From an uncultured Acidobacteriota bacterium (GTDB lineage: Bacteria > Acidobacteriota > Thermoanaerobaculia > UBA5066 > DATFVB01): a stretch of 64,000 bases of DNA. A program made the translations under genes and the position numbers. Positions 35,512 through 43,174 of the stretch are shown here, piece after piece. Position 1 is the stretch's first letter. Each line of letters begins with the position of its first letter. The stretch is taken from the NCBI GenBank assembly GCA_963813155.1, contig CAWEYG010000001.1, positions 416,001-480,000 of the forward strand, read 5' to 3'. The notes under the pieces are model-generated. The model was not told where the DNA came from. It searched no databases and saw nothing but the letters and a program-made list of their open reading frames with translations.

Positions 35512-36159
35512 ATGGGAAAACTCGGACTCGGCTGCGCCGCGATCGTCCTGCTTCTCATCCTGATCGTCGGGCTCGGCTTCGCAGGCACTTACAACACGCT
35601 CAACCGGAAGAACCAGGCCGTCAACGCGCAATGGGCGCAGGTCCAGAACGTCTACCAGCGCCGCGCGGACCTGATTCCCAACCTCGTCGCGACGGTCGCC
35701 GGCGCCGCGAACTTCGAAAAATCGACCCTGCAGGCGGTGATCGAAGCGCGGTCGAAAGCGTCCTCGATTCAGGCCACACCGCAGCTCGTGAACGATCCTC
35801 AGGCTTTTCAGAAATTCCAGGCGGCCCAGGGTGAGCTCACCTCCGCCCTGTCACGGCTCATGGTCGTCGTCGAACGGTATCCGGAGCTCAAGGCCAATCA
35901 GAACTTCCGCGACCTGCAGGCTCAGCTCGAGGGAACGGAAAATCGCATCACCGTCGAGCGGCAGCGCTTCAACGAAGTGTCCCAGGACTACAACACGACG
36001 TTCCACTCCTTTCCGACGAACATGATCGCCGGGCTGTTCGGGTTCAAGGAAAAGGCGTACTTCCAGGCGCAGGCGGGCGCGGAAGCTCCGCCGAAGGTGA
36101 ATTTCGATTTCGGGACGAGCACGGCGGCGCCGGCGCCCGCGACGGCCACGACGCACTGA
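35512..36159 (+). CDS. lemA: LemA family protein
   Basis: N-terminal TM; WAQVQNVYQRRADLIPNLV, ERYPELKANQNF, QLEGTENRI, FPTNMIA; GAGGAGG RBS. Confidence 0.95.
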   Translation: MGKLGLGCAAIVLLLILIVGLGFAGTYNTLNRKNQAVNAQWAQVQNVYQRRADLIPNLVATVAGAANFEKSTLQAVIEARSKASSIQATPQLVNDPQAFQKFQAAQGELTSALSRLMVVVERYPELKANQNFRDLQAQLEGTENRITVERQRFNEVSQDYNTTFHSFPTNMIAGLFGFKEKAYFQAQAGAEAPPKVNFDFGTSTAAPAPATATTH

Positions 36160-36194
36160 AACGGTGAAACGCCCCGCGCTGGGAAGGCTCACTC

Positions 36195-36338
36195 GGGGTC
36201 CTGTCGGACCGCACGCCGAGCGAAGGTCCGCGCGCGGCCGGGGCTGACGCGCTGGCCCGGCTCGGCTCCGCGGTTCGAGGGACTTTGCTACGACTCCGCG
36301 CCGCGAGCGGCAAAAGGGGGCTCCGCTCGCGCCACCCC
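36195..36338. repeat. Palindromic repeat element, copy B (144 bp, altered left arm)
   Basis: GGGGTCCTGTCG...CCACCCC ends; shares GGACTTTGCTAC and GCGAGCGGCAAAAGGG with copy C; flanks GGCTCAC/GTGAGCC also pair. Confidence 0.7.
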
Positions 36339-36340
36339 TC

Positions 36341-37076
36341 GTGAGCCGAGCGAGGCCCTGGCTTCGCGATTCTCCTGGGCCTGGCGATCGGGTCTCGGCG
36401 CGTCGCTCGCGCGGACGTCGCGCTGCCGCCGGCCCCGAAGGACTACTTCAACGACTCCGCCTCGCTCGTCTCCGCGGACGACGCCGCGCGGATGAACGGC
36501 GAGCTTCGGCAGTTCGACGAACAGACTTCCAACCAGATCCTCGTCGCGATCTTCCCTTCCCTTCCGGAGCCTTCGCTCGAGGACTTCACGATCCGCACGG
36601 CCCAGGCCTGGCGCGTCGGGCAGAAGAAGCTGAACAACGGCGCCGTGCTGTTCCTCTTCGTCCAGGACCACAAATCGCGAATCGAAGTCGGATACGGCCT
36701 CGAAGGAGCGCTGCCCGACGCGACGTGCAAAGACATTCTCGAAGACCAGCTCGCGCCGAAGTTCCGCCAGGGGGACTACGCGGGAGGGCTCGAAGCCGCG
36801 ATCGGGGCCATGATGGCCGCCACGCGCGGCGAGTACAAGGCGGCGGCGCGCTCCCGTCCGCGGCAGGCCGCGATTCCGCAGGGATGCGTCACGATCTTCG
36901 TCGTCCTCGTCTTCTTCATTTTCCCGCTCTTCTTCCGCCGGCGATGGCGAACGTTTGGCGGCGGGGGCTGGTCGACGGGCGGAGGCTGGGGTGGAGGAGG
37001 CTGGTCCGGCGGAGGGGGCGGATTCTCCGGCGGCGGCGGCTCGTTCGGAGGCGGCGGCGCCTCCGGGAGCTGGTGA
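36341..37076 (+). CDS. TPM domain protein (YgcG-like) with Gly-rich tail; probable frameshift near 36362
   Basis: Signal-like AILLGLAIG; YFNDSA, QILVA, WRVGQKKLNNG, RIEVGYGLEGALPD; TM; FSGGGGSFGGGGASGSW. Confidence 0.9.
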
Positions 37077-37089
37077 CGGAGGGAGTTCG

Positions 37090-37518
37090 ATGAAGAGCTT
37101 CTTCAACAAGATCGACCACGACCGCATCGTCGGCGCGATCGCGGCGGCGGAAAAGCAGAGCTCCGGCGAGATCCGCGTGCATCTGCACCACCGCTCGGTT
37201 GCCGATCCGCAGGACGCGGGCCGGAAGGCGTTCGAAAAGCTCGGCATGACGAACACCCGACGCCGAAACGCCGTCCTGATCTTCGTCGCGCCCCGGTCCC
37301 GCAATTTCGCGATCCTGGGCGATTCGGGAATCCACGAAAAGTGCGGCGACGATTTCTGGAAAAAAGCCGCCGAAAAGCTCTCCGCCCATTTCCGCGACGG
37401 AAAGTTCACCGACGGTCTCGTCGAGACGATCGGCGAGCTCGGGAGCGTCCTGGCGGCGCATTTCCCCCGCGAGGCCGAAGACCGGGACGAGCTCCCGAAC
37501 GAAATCGACGAAGGCTGA
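37090..37518 (+). CDS. TPM domain protein (cytoplasmic partner in LemA operon)
   Basis: AIAAAEKQSSGEIRVH, LGMTNTRRRNAVLIF, ILGDSGIH, HFP..ELPNEI. Confidence 0.9.
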   Translation: MKSFFNKIDHDRIVGAIAAAEKQSSGEIRVHLHHRSVADPQDAGRKAFEKLGMTNTRRRNAVLIFVAPRSRNFAILGDSGIHEKCGDDFWKKAAEKLSAHFRDGKFTDGLVETIGELGSVLAAHFPREAEDRDELPNEIDEG

Positions 37519-37520
37519 GC

Positions 37521-38465
37521 TCAGACCGCGCGGCGCGCGGCGGAATGCAGCAGGGTCTCTTCCCGCAGGCCCCGCAGCAGCTCGAGCGGCCGGGTCCGGC
37601 GAATCTCCGAGGGGCTCGCGCCGAATTCCTTTCGAAACGCGGCCGTGAAATGGCTGTGGCTCGAGTAGCCCAGCCGGATCGCGAGCTCCCCGAGGTCGGC
37701 GGACGCGTCGGCGACGCGGTCGAGCGCCGTGCGCAGGCGAAGGGAGACCTGGTACCGGTGAAGCGTGAACCCGGTTGCCCGCTTGAAGACGCGGCACAGG
37801 TGAAAAGGCGACATCCCGACGGCCGCGGCAATGTCATCGAGACGCAGCGGCGCGGCGAACCGCTCGACGAGAAAGATCCGGATTCGCTCGACGAGCTCGA
37901 GCGTCTCCGCCGGAGACTTCGGGGTCCCGCTCTTTTCCGACGCCCACTCCGGAGAGCCCGTCGCGGACGAGACGAGAGCGATCCCGAGCTCGTCGATCTC
38001 CAACGGCTCGGGCCGGGGAGAGGCCGCGGCGCGATCGAGAATCAGTCTCTGAAGAAGATAGCTCTTCGCGGAGCTCTGTCCCCGGATTTCCGAGAAGGCG
38101 TCTCCCCGTTCGCCGATCCCCGAGGCTGATACTCCCGCGATCTCTTCGAAGACGTCGGGACGCACGAGAAAGTACGCCCCGCGAGACTTCGGTCCGATGT
38201 GACGGCTCATGCGATAGGGCGAGTGCGGCCGGATGTGCAGGGTCGAGTTGGGATCGATCACGGCGGATCGGGGACCGGAATGCACCAGGAACGCGCCGTG
38301 GTGTGTGAAAGAGAGCATGTGCCATTTCTGCGTTTGAACGGTCGTCGACTCGGACGGCCCCACGAGACAACGCCAGCGGCCGATTCGAAAGATATCCGTC
38401 GCGAGAACGGGTTCCACCAGAACGCCGACCGCGTACCGGGACACCGAGGGCATTTCCGCCGCCAT
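37521..38465 (-). CDS. AraC family transcriptional regulator (start uncertain)
   Basis: LDDIAAAVGMSPFHLCRVFK, LAIRLGYSSHSHFTAAFRKEFGASP. Confidence 0.9.
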   Translation of the reverse strand: MAAEMPSVSRYAVGVLVEPVLATDIFRIGRWRCLVGPSESTTVQTQKWHMLSFTHHGAFLVHSGPRSAVIDPNSTLHIRPHSPYRMSRHIGPKSRGAYFLVRPDVFEEIAGVSASGIGERGDAFSEIRGQSSAKSYLLQRLILDRAAASPRPEPLEIDELGIALVSSATGSPEWASEKSGTPKSPAETLELVERIRIFLVERFAAPLRLDDIAAAVGMSPFHLCRVFKRATGFTLHRYQVSLRLRTALDRVADASADLGELAIRLGYSSHSHFTAAFRKEFGASPSEIRRTRPLELLRGLREETLLHSAARRAV

Positions 38466-38650
38466 TCTCAGCGCCCTCCGCGGGAGACGGGCTCGAGTTC
38501 GTCCCGGCGTTCTCATGAGTCTTGCCCGGGACAATGCGCAAGCCCGGTGCCAGAGGTCTCATCCCGAATTTTGAATGACTTACGACTCTCCCAATCGCGC
38601 GCGCCGTCCGGTTTTTGGGATTCACAGTGTCCGTTTTCGAACACAGCGAG

Positions 38651-38680
38651 AAAAGAAAAGGCGGGGCAGAAGCCCCGCCC
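38651..38680 (-). terminator. Intrinsic terminator of the DUF2911 gene
   Basis: Minus strand GGCGGGGC-TTCT-GCCCCGCC-TTTTCTTTT. Confidence 0.85.
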
Positions 38681-38698
38681 TTGTCGCCGGAGAGGTCG

Positions 38699-39337
38699 CT
38701 ACTTCGAAACGGTGAAGGGAACGATCGCGGCGGTCGTGTCCCACGCCATGGCGATGCCGCCGCCGGAATCGGACATGTCGACGAACGCAATCGTGAACTG
38801 GTCGACCGAGTGCCCCAGCTTCTTCATCGTCATCGGCGCGCGCACGACGTCGAACTTCGAATCGTAACCGTAGGAGCCCCAGATCGCCGCCTTGTCGTTC
38901 GGGTCGTATTTCGTCTGAAACTTCTGCGTCGAAACGATCAGGGTCCAGCCGCTCTCCTTGAGATCCACGAAGAGGTCGTAGGTCCCGGGAGCGAGCGTCT
39001 TGCCGCCGATCGTGATCGGCACTTCCGTCGTCAACGTCGTCGTCTGGTTCGCGCCCAACCTCCAGACCGGAGCGTCGCCGGTGACCGCCTTGCCGTAGGA
39101 GGCGCCGGAGCCGAAGATCCCCTTCCGGCCGCGCAGGACCGGGCGGCCGTAGTCGACCTCGATCCACTTTCCGCCGCTGTAACGCGCTTCTTCTCCGGGC
39201 TTCTCCGCCGTCCACTTGCCGCCGACCTGCGTCGCCGCCGTTCCGCGCGGCGAGAGGGGCTTCTTCTGTTCCTGCGCCACGGCCAACGCGGCCGTCGCCA
39301 GAAGACCCAGACCGAAAACCACGAACTTACGATTCAA
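38699..39337 (-). CDS. DUF2911 domain secreted protein
   Basis: TTG after GGAGG; signal peptide; SPRG, IEVDYGRP..GR..IFG, WRLGANQTT, APGTYDLF, AWD. Confidence 0.88.
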   Translation of the reverse strand: MNRKFVVFGLGLLATAALAVAQEQKKPLSPRGTAATQVGGKWTAEKPGEEARYSGGKWIEVDYGRPVLRGRKGIFGSGASYGKAVTGDAPVWRLGANQTTTLTTEVPITIGGKTLAPGTYDLFVDLKESGWTLIVSTQKFQTKYDPNDKAAIWGSYGYDSKFDVVRAPMTMKKLGHSVDQFTIAFVDMSDSGGGIAMAWDTTAAIVPFTVSK

Positions 39338-39445
39338 CAACTTTTCCTCCTGTTCGAGCCGGAAAACCCTTTTCCGGCGCGCTCCAGCATACCGCACACC
39401 GTTGCGGCCCGAACCTTGCACAGGAAGGAACCGGGAGGAGAAATC

Positions 39446-39667
39446 ATGGATTCGACTTCGATCACCCTGGAGGACTTCACGAACCTCCCCGAGGGAATGC
39501 GGCACGAAAGCGGGGCCCGGGTCCGCCGCTGCCCCCGCTGCGGGCGAAATGGCCTGCGGGTCCGGGCGGGGAGCGAAAATTCCTACCTTCACGTGCAGAC
39601 TTCGCGAATCTTCGGCGACGGAATCCTGACCGAGCCTCAGGACCGCTGCTCCCAGATCGAGAACTGA
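39446..39667 (+). CDS. Small putative zinc-ribbon protein (73 aa)
   Basis: GGAGGAG RBS; MDSTSITLEDFTNLPEG..CPRCGRNG..H..C; divergent from the DUF2911 gene. Confidence 0.6.
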   Translation: MDSTSITLEDFTNLPEGMRHESGARVRRCPRCGRNGLRVRAGSENSYLHVQTSRIFGDGILTEPQDRCSQIEN

Positions 39668-39668
39668 C

Positions 39669-40295
39669 TCAGCGCCGCCGCGCGCGCCTCGAAACGGGGC
39701 GCCGGCCAGTCGTCGCCTGCCCCAGCCGGTGCAGCAGAAGCGCCGCGGCCGCGAGAACGACCCCGAGAACGATCAGGCCGACCCTGCCGGACCACCTCAG
39801 GACGCGTTCGAAGTCGCGGGCGCCCACGTATCCGAGCGCAGTCGAAGCCCCGCCCCACAGCGCGCCGGCCGCGAGGTCCCAGGAAAGGAACCGGAGATAC
39901 GGCATTTTCGCGGCGCCCGCGGCAGAGGGCATGACCGTCCTCAGAAACGGGGTGAACCGCGCGAGGAAGATCGCGATGCCGCCCTTTCTCTTGAGCCACG
40001 TTCGGGCCTGCGCCCAGTGCTGGCGCCGGCGCTTCAGGAAGCGGGCGCCTCCCAGCTTTCGCCCCAGGAGGAATCCGATGCTGTCGCCGGCCCAGGCGCC
40101 CGCGATCGCGGCCGCGGCCGCCGCCGCGTACGGAACGCGTCCCCGGCCGGCGAGCACGCCTCCGAGGATCGCGGCGACTTCCCCCGGCACGACGAGGCCG
40201 ACGAGCAGGGCAGACTCGGCCGCCGTGAGGAGAAAAACGACCCCGACTCCGACGCCGGCCGGAATCCGGACGAAGAACTCCAGCACGCCTCGCAT
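39669..40295 (-). CDS. DedA family membrane protein
   Basis: ESALLVGLVVPGE, GDSIGFLLGR, FLARFTPFLR, AGAAKMPY..F. Confidence 0.92.
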   Translation of the reverse strand: MRGVLEFFVRIPAGVGVGVVFLLTAAESALLVGLVVPGEVAAILGGVLAGRGRVPYAAAAAAAIAGAWAGDSIGFLLGRKLGGARFLKRRRQHWAQARTWLKRKGGIAIFLARFTPFLRTVMPSAAGAAKMPYLRFLSWDLAAGALWGGASTALGYVGARDFERVLRWSGRVGLIVLGVVLAAAALLLHRLGQATTGRRPVSRRARRR

Positions 40296-40299
40296 CCGT

Positions 40300-40775
40300 T
40301 CAAGGGCGAACCGATCTCGATGACGCGGCCGGGAAACGTCTGCGCGCATCGCCAGCACAGCAGCGCGCCGTCGCACTCGCGCAGCTTCGGAACGCGCGAC
40401 CGGGGGAACGCGACCCGCGCCCCGCAGCGCCGGCAGCTCGAGACGACGCCGCGTCCCGGCCCGAAGAACCTGCCGGGGCGGCGACAGGCGAGGAACCGCC
40501 CCGGGTGCGGGAACGGCGGCAAAGGCCCTTCGACCGAGGCGAGGCGAAGCAGCAGCCATCGCAGGTCGTCGGGAGAGAGCCCGAACTCCGGTCCGGAGGC
40601 GAGCGCGCACCGCTTCAGAACGCCCGACAAGCTCTCTTCGTCGGCGCCGAAGCTCGGGCCTTCGTTCGCGAGATCCGTCAGGAGCCCCGCGGGCCCAGGC
40701 CGCGACGTCCTCGTCCGAGAGCATCCCCGCGAGGCGGCGAAGAAGCTGCTGCGCGATCGTGATGGGATCCGCCAC
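40300..40775 (-). CDS. Hypothetical protein with CxxC pairs (frameshift near 40685; end uncertain)
   Basis: MADPITIAQQLLRRLAG..VAAWARG continues in another frame as LLTDL..CRRCGARV..LCWRCAQ. Confidence 0.5.
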
Positions 40776-40858
40776 GGCCCAATGATCTTATCGTCTTTGA
40801 CGATCTTGTCGCCTTTATCGAGGACCCCGGCCTTCCGGGTAGAATGGAAGCGGTTCGA

Positions 40859-41635
40859 GTGAGCTTTTTCTCGCGGAATCGAGCGCCGTTTCTCCTGGCC
40901 CACCGCGGGGCTTCGGGGGAGTCTCCCGAAAACACCCTCGCGAGCTTTCTCGAAGCCGTCCGGCAGCGGGCCGACGCGATCGAGCTCGACCTTCAATTGA
41001 CTTCCGACGGCCACTTCGTCGCGTCCCACGACCGGAATCTCCGGCGCGTGTCGGGGCACGCCGTCGTCGTCGAAGACACGGCTTTCCACGTTCTGCGGCA
41101 TTTGAGCGTCTCGCGCCGTTTCCCGGGATCTCGGCGGGTCGTCATCCCTTCGCTCGAAGAGATTTTCGACGCGGTTCCGCCGGAATTCCCCCTCAACCTG
41201 GACCTGAAGTGCCAGCGCGCCGGCCGAAAGAGGTTCGCCGACCATCTCGTTCGCGCGATCGAGGGCCGGCGACACCTGCTTCTCTCGAGCTTCAACTGGG
41301 GGTTGCTCGCGGAGATCCGCCGCCGGCTGCCCGCGATCGAAATGATGCCCGCCGTTCACCGCAGATTTTCCGGGGCCCTGCGGTTTGCCGAGGCGGTCGG
41401 CGCGCAAGCCGTCGCGGCCCACCACGGCTTTCTCCGCGGCCGGTTCGTCCGCGCGGCGTCCGCCCGAAGGCTTTCCGTTCTCGCGTTCACCGTCAACGAC
41501 GCGCCGGAAGCCCGGCGGCTGCTCCACCTCGGGGTCTCCGGCTTCTTCACGAACTTTCCGGCGAAACTGAGGGCGTCCCTCGAACAGGAGACGCCGGGAA
41601 ACAAATCGAGGCTCGAACGGGAAGCGGCGACGTGA
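40859..41635 (+). CDS. Glycerophosphodiester phosphodiesterase
   Basis: AHRGASGESPENTL, IELDLQLTSDG..HD, IPSLEE, SSF, FTVN, GFFTNFP. Confidence 0.92.
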   Translation: MSFFSRNRAPFLLAHRGASGESPENTLASFLEAVRQRADAIELDLQLTSDGHFVASHDRNLRRVSGHAVVVEDTAFHVLRHLSVSRRFPGSRRVVIPSLEEIFDAVPPEFPLNLDLKCQRAGRKRFADHLVRAIEGRRHLLLSSFNWGLLAEIRRRLPAIEMMPAVHRRFSGALRFAEAVGAQAVAAHHGFLRGRFVRAASARRLSVLAFTVNDAPEARRLLHLGVSGFFTNFPAKLRASLEQETPGNKSRLEREAAT

Positions 41636-41694
41636 CGATTTCTCCGGGCGACGGACGGAACCCGCGAAAGTGTTACAATCACGCGGCTTTTGCG

Positions 41695-42033
41695 ATGAAG
41701 ACGCAGGAATTTGCGACAGGACGGCGGGGTGCCCAGCGTATCCCCGGCGAGGGGTTTACGGCGCGGATCGAGGGCGTCGAATCGGAAACCTCTGTCGTCA
41801 ACGTGTCGCAAAAGGGGATCGCGCTCTCGACCCGTGAGCCGCTGCCGGCGGATCGTCGCCTCTCGCTGGAGCTCAACGGCCCCGCCGGAACGACGATCGT
41901 CGACTTCTACGTCGTTCGTTGCGAGGAGCTCCGGAGCTCCTCTCCCGAGCGCGACTACATCTCCGCCGGTCTTTTCGTCGCACGCCTCAAGCGCAAGGAC
42001 CTTCCGAAGGTCGTCCACCAGCAGTTCCTCTAG
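41695..42033 (+). CDS. PilZ domain protein
   Basis: RRGAQR (RxxxR) and NVSQKG (D/NxSxxG) c-di-GMP motifs; upstream TGtTACAAT -10. Confidence 0.75.
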   Translation: MKTQEFATGRRGAQRIPGEGFTARIEGVESETSVVNVSQKGIALSTREPLPADRRLSLELNGPAGTTIVDFYVVRCEELRSSSPERDYISAGLFVARLKRKDLPKVVHQQFL

Positions 42034-42043
42034 CAGGCTGCCG

Positions 42044-42436
42044 ATGGAAAAAGTCGTCGTCCACCTCAAGGATGGAAACCTCATCCGCGGATCCGTCGCG
42101 CGGTTCCCGCCCCGCGGATCCGTGTTCCACCTCACGGTGTTTCCGGGATCGACGCTCCGGCAGATCGATCTCGGCGACGTCAAAGCCGTTTTCTTCGTCA
42201 AGGAGTTTCGCGGCCGCCCCGGGTACCGGGAGTCGAAGTCGTTTCCCGGCGCGGCGGGCGCTGGCCTGAGCGGGAGGGTGCGCGTCGAGTGCGCAGACGG
42301 CGAAGTGCTCGTCGGCTATTGCCCTGTCTATCAGGCGGGCCAGGCGGGCCTCTTCCTGTTTCCCCCGGACCGCCGCTCCAACAACGAGCGCGTCTACCTC
42401 CTCGCCTCGGCGATCCGCAAGCTCGAATTCGTCTGA
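42044..42436 (+). CDS. DUF6982-like protein (internally duplicated small beta-barrels)
   Basis: KVVVHLKDGNLIRG..KAVFFVKEF.G and RVRVECADGEVLVG..GLFLFPPD..SNNERVY. Confidence 0.7.
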   Translation: MEKVVVHLKDGNLIRGSVARFPPRGSVFHLTVFPGSTLRQIDLGDVKAVFFVKEFRGRPGYRESKSFPGAAGAGLSGRVRVECADGEVLVGYCPVYQAGQAGLFLFPPDRRSNNERVYLLASAIRKLEFV

Positions 42437-42456
42437 CCTGAGAGAGAATCCCTCCC

Positions 42457-43155
42457 ATGGGCCTGAAAGAGTACAAGCGCAAGCGGAACTTCAAGGTCAC
42501 GTCCGAGCCGGAGGGAAAGGAGCGCCCCGCGAAGAAGCGCAAGGCGCTCGAGTTCGTCATCCAGAAACACCGGGCGACCGCGCTCCACTACGACGTGCGC
42601 CTCGAGTGGAACGGCGTGATGCTGTCGTGGGCGTGCCCGAAAGGGCCGTCGCTCGACCCTTCGGTCAAGCGGATGGCGATGCAGGTGGAAGATCACCCGA
42701 TCGAGTACAACAAGTTCGAAGGGATCATCCCCGAGGGCGAATATGGCGGGGGCACGGTGATGATCTGGGACCGCGGAACGTGGGAGCCGGAAGTGCCCGA
42801 CGTCGATGCCGCGCTGAAGAAGGGCGATCTGAAGTTCCAGTTCCACGGCGAGAAGCTCCAGGGCTCGTGGGTCCTCGTCCGGCTGCGTCCGCGCGGAGGG
42901 GATTCCAAACCCGCGTGGCTTCTCATCAAGCACCGCGACGCCTTCGCGACGACCGCGGACGTCGCGGAGCGGAAACCGCGGTCCGTCGTTTCGGACCGGA
43001 TCCTGACCGAGATCGCCCGCGATGAGGGCGGCGACATCAAGAAGGCGGCGACGGGAGATCCCGCCGCGGAGATCCGCAAGCTTCTGAAATCGAAAGACCC
43101 GCTCGAGCGCAAGACGAAGGGCAAGCGCAAAGTCTGGAACAGCCGCCCGCGCTGA
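42457..43155 (+). CDS. Stand-alone LigD 3'-phosphoesterase (PE) domain protein
   Basis: LKEYKRKRNF..T.EP, FVIQKH.A..LHYD.RLE, SWA.PKGPSLDP, VEDHP..Y..FEG.IP.GEYGGG.V.IWD.G, WLLIK. Confidence 0.93.
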   Translation: MGLKEYKRKRNFKVTSEPEGKERPAKKRKALEFVIQKHRATALHYDVRLEWNGVMLSWACPKGPSLDPSVKRMAMQVEDHPIEYNKFEGIIPEGEYGGGTVMIWDRGTWEPEVPDVDAALKKGDLKFQFHGEKLQGSWVLVRLRPRGGDSKPAWLLIKHRDAFATTADVAERKPRSVVSDRILTEIARDEGGDIKKAATGDPAAEIRKLLKSKDPLERKTKGKRKVWNSRPR

Positions 43156-43174
43156 CTTCGGCGCTGCGCGCCTG

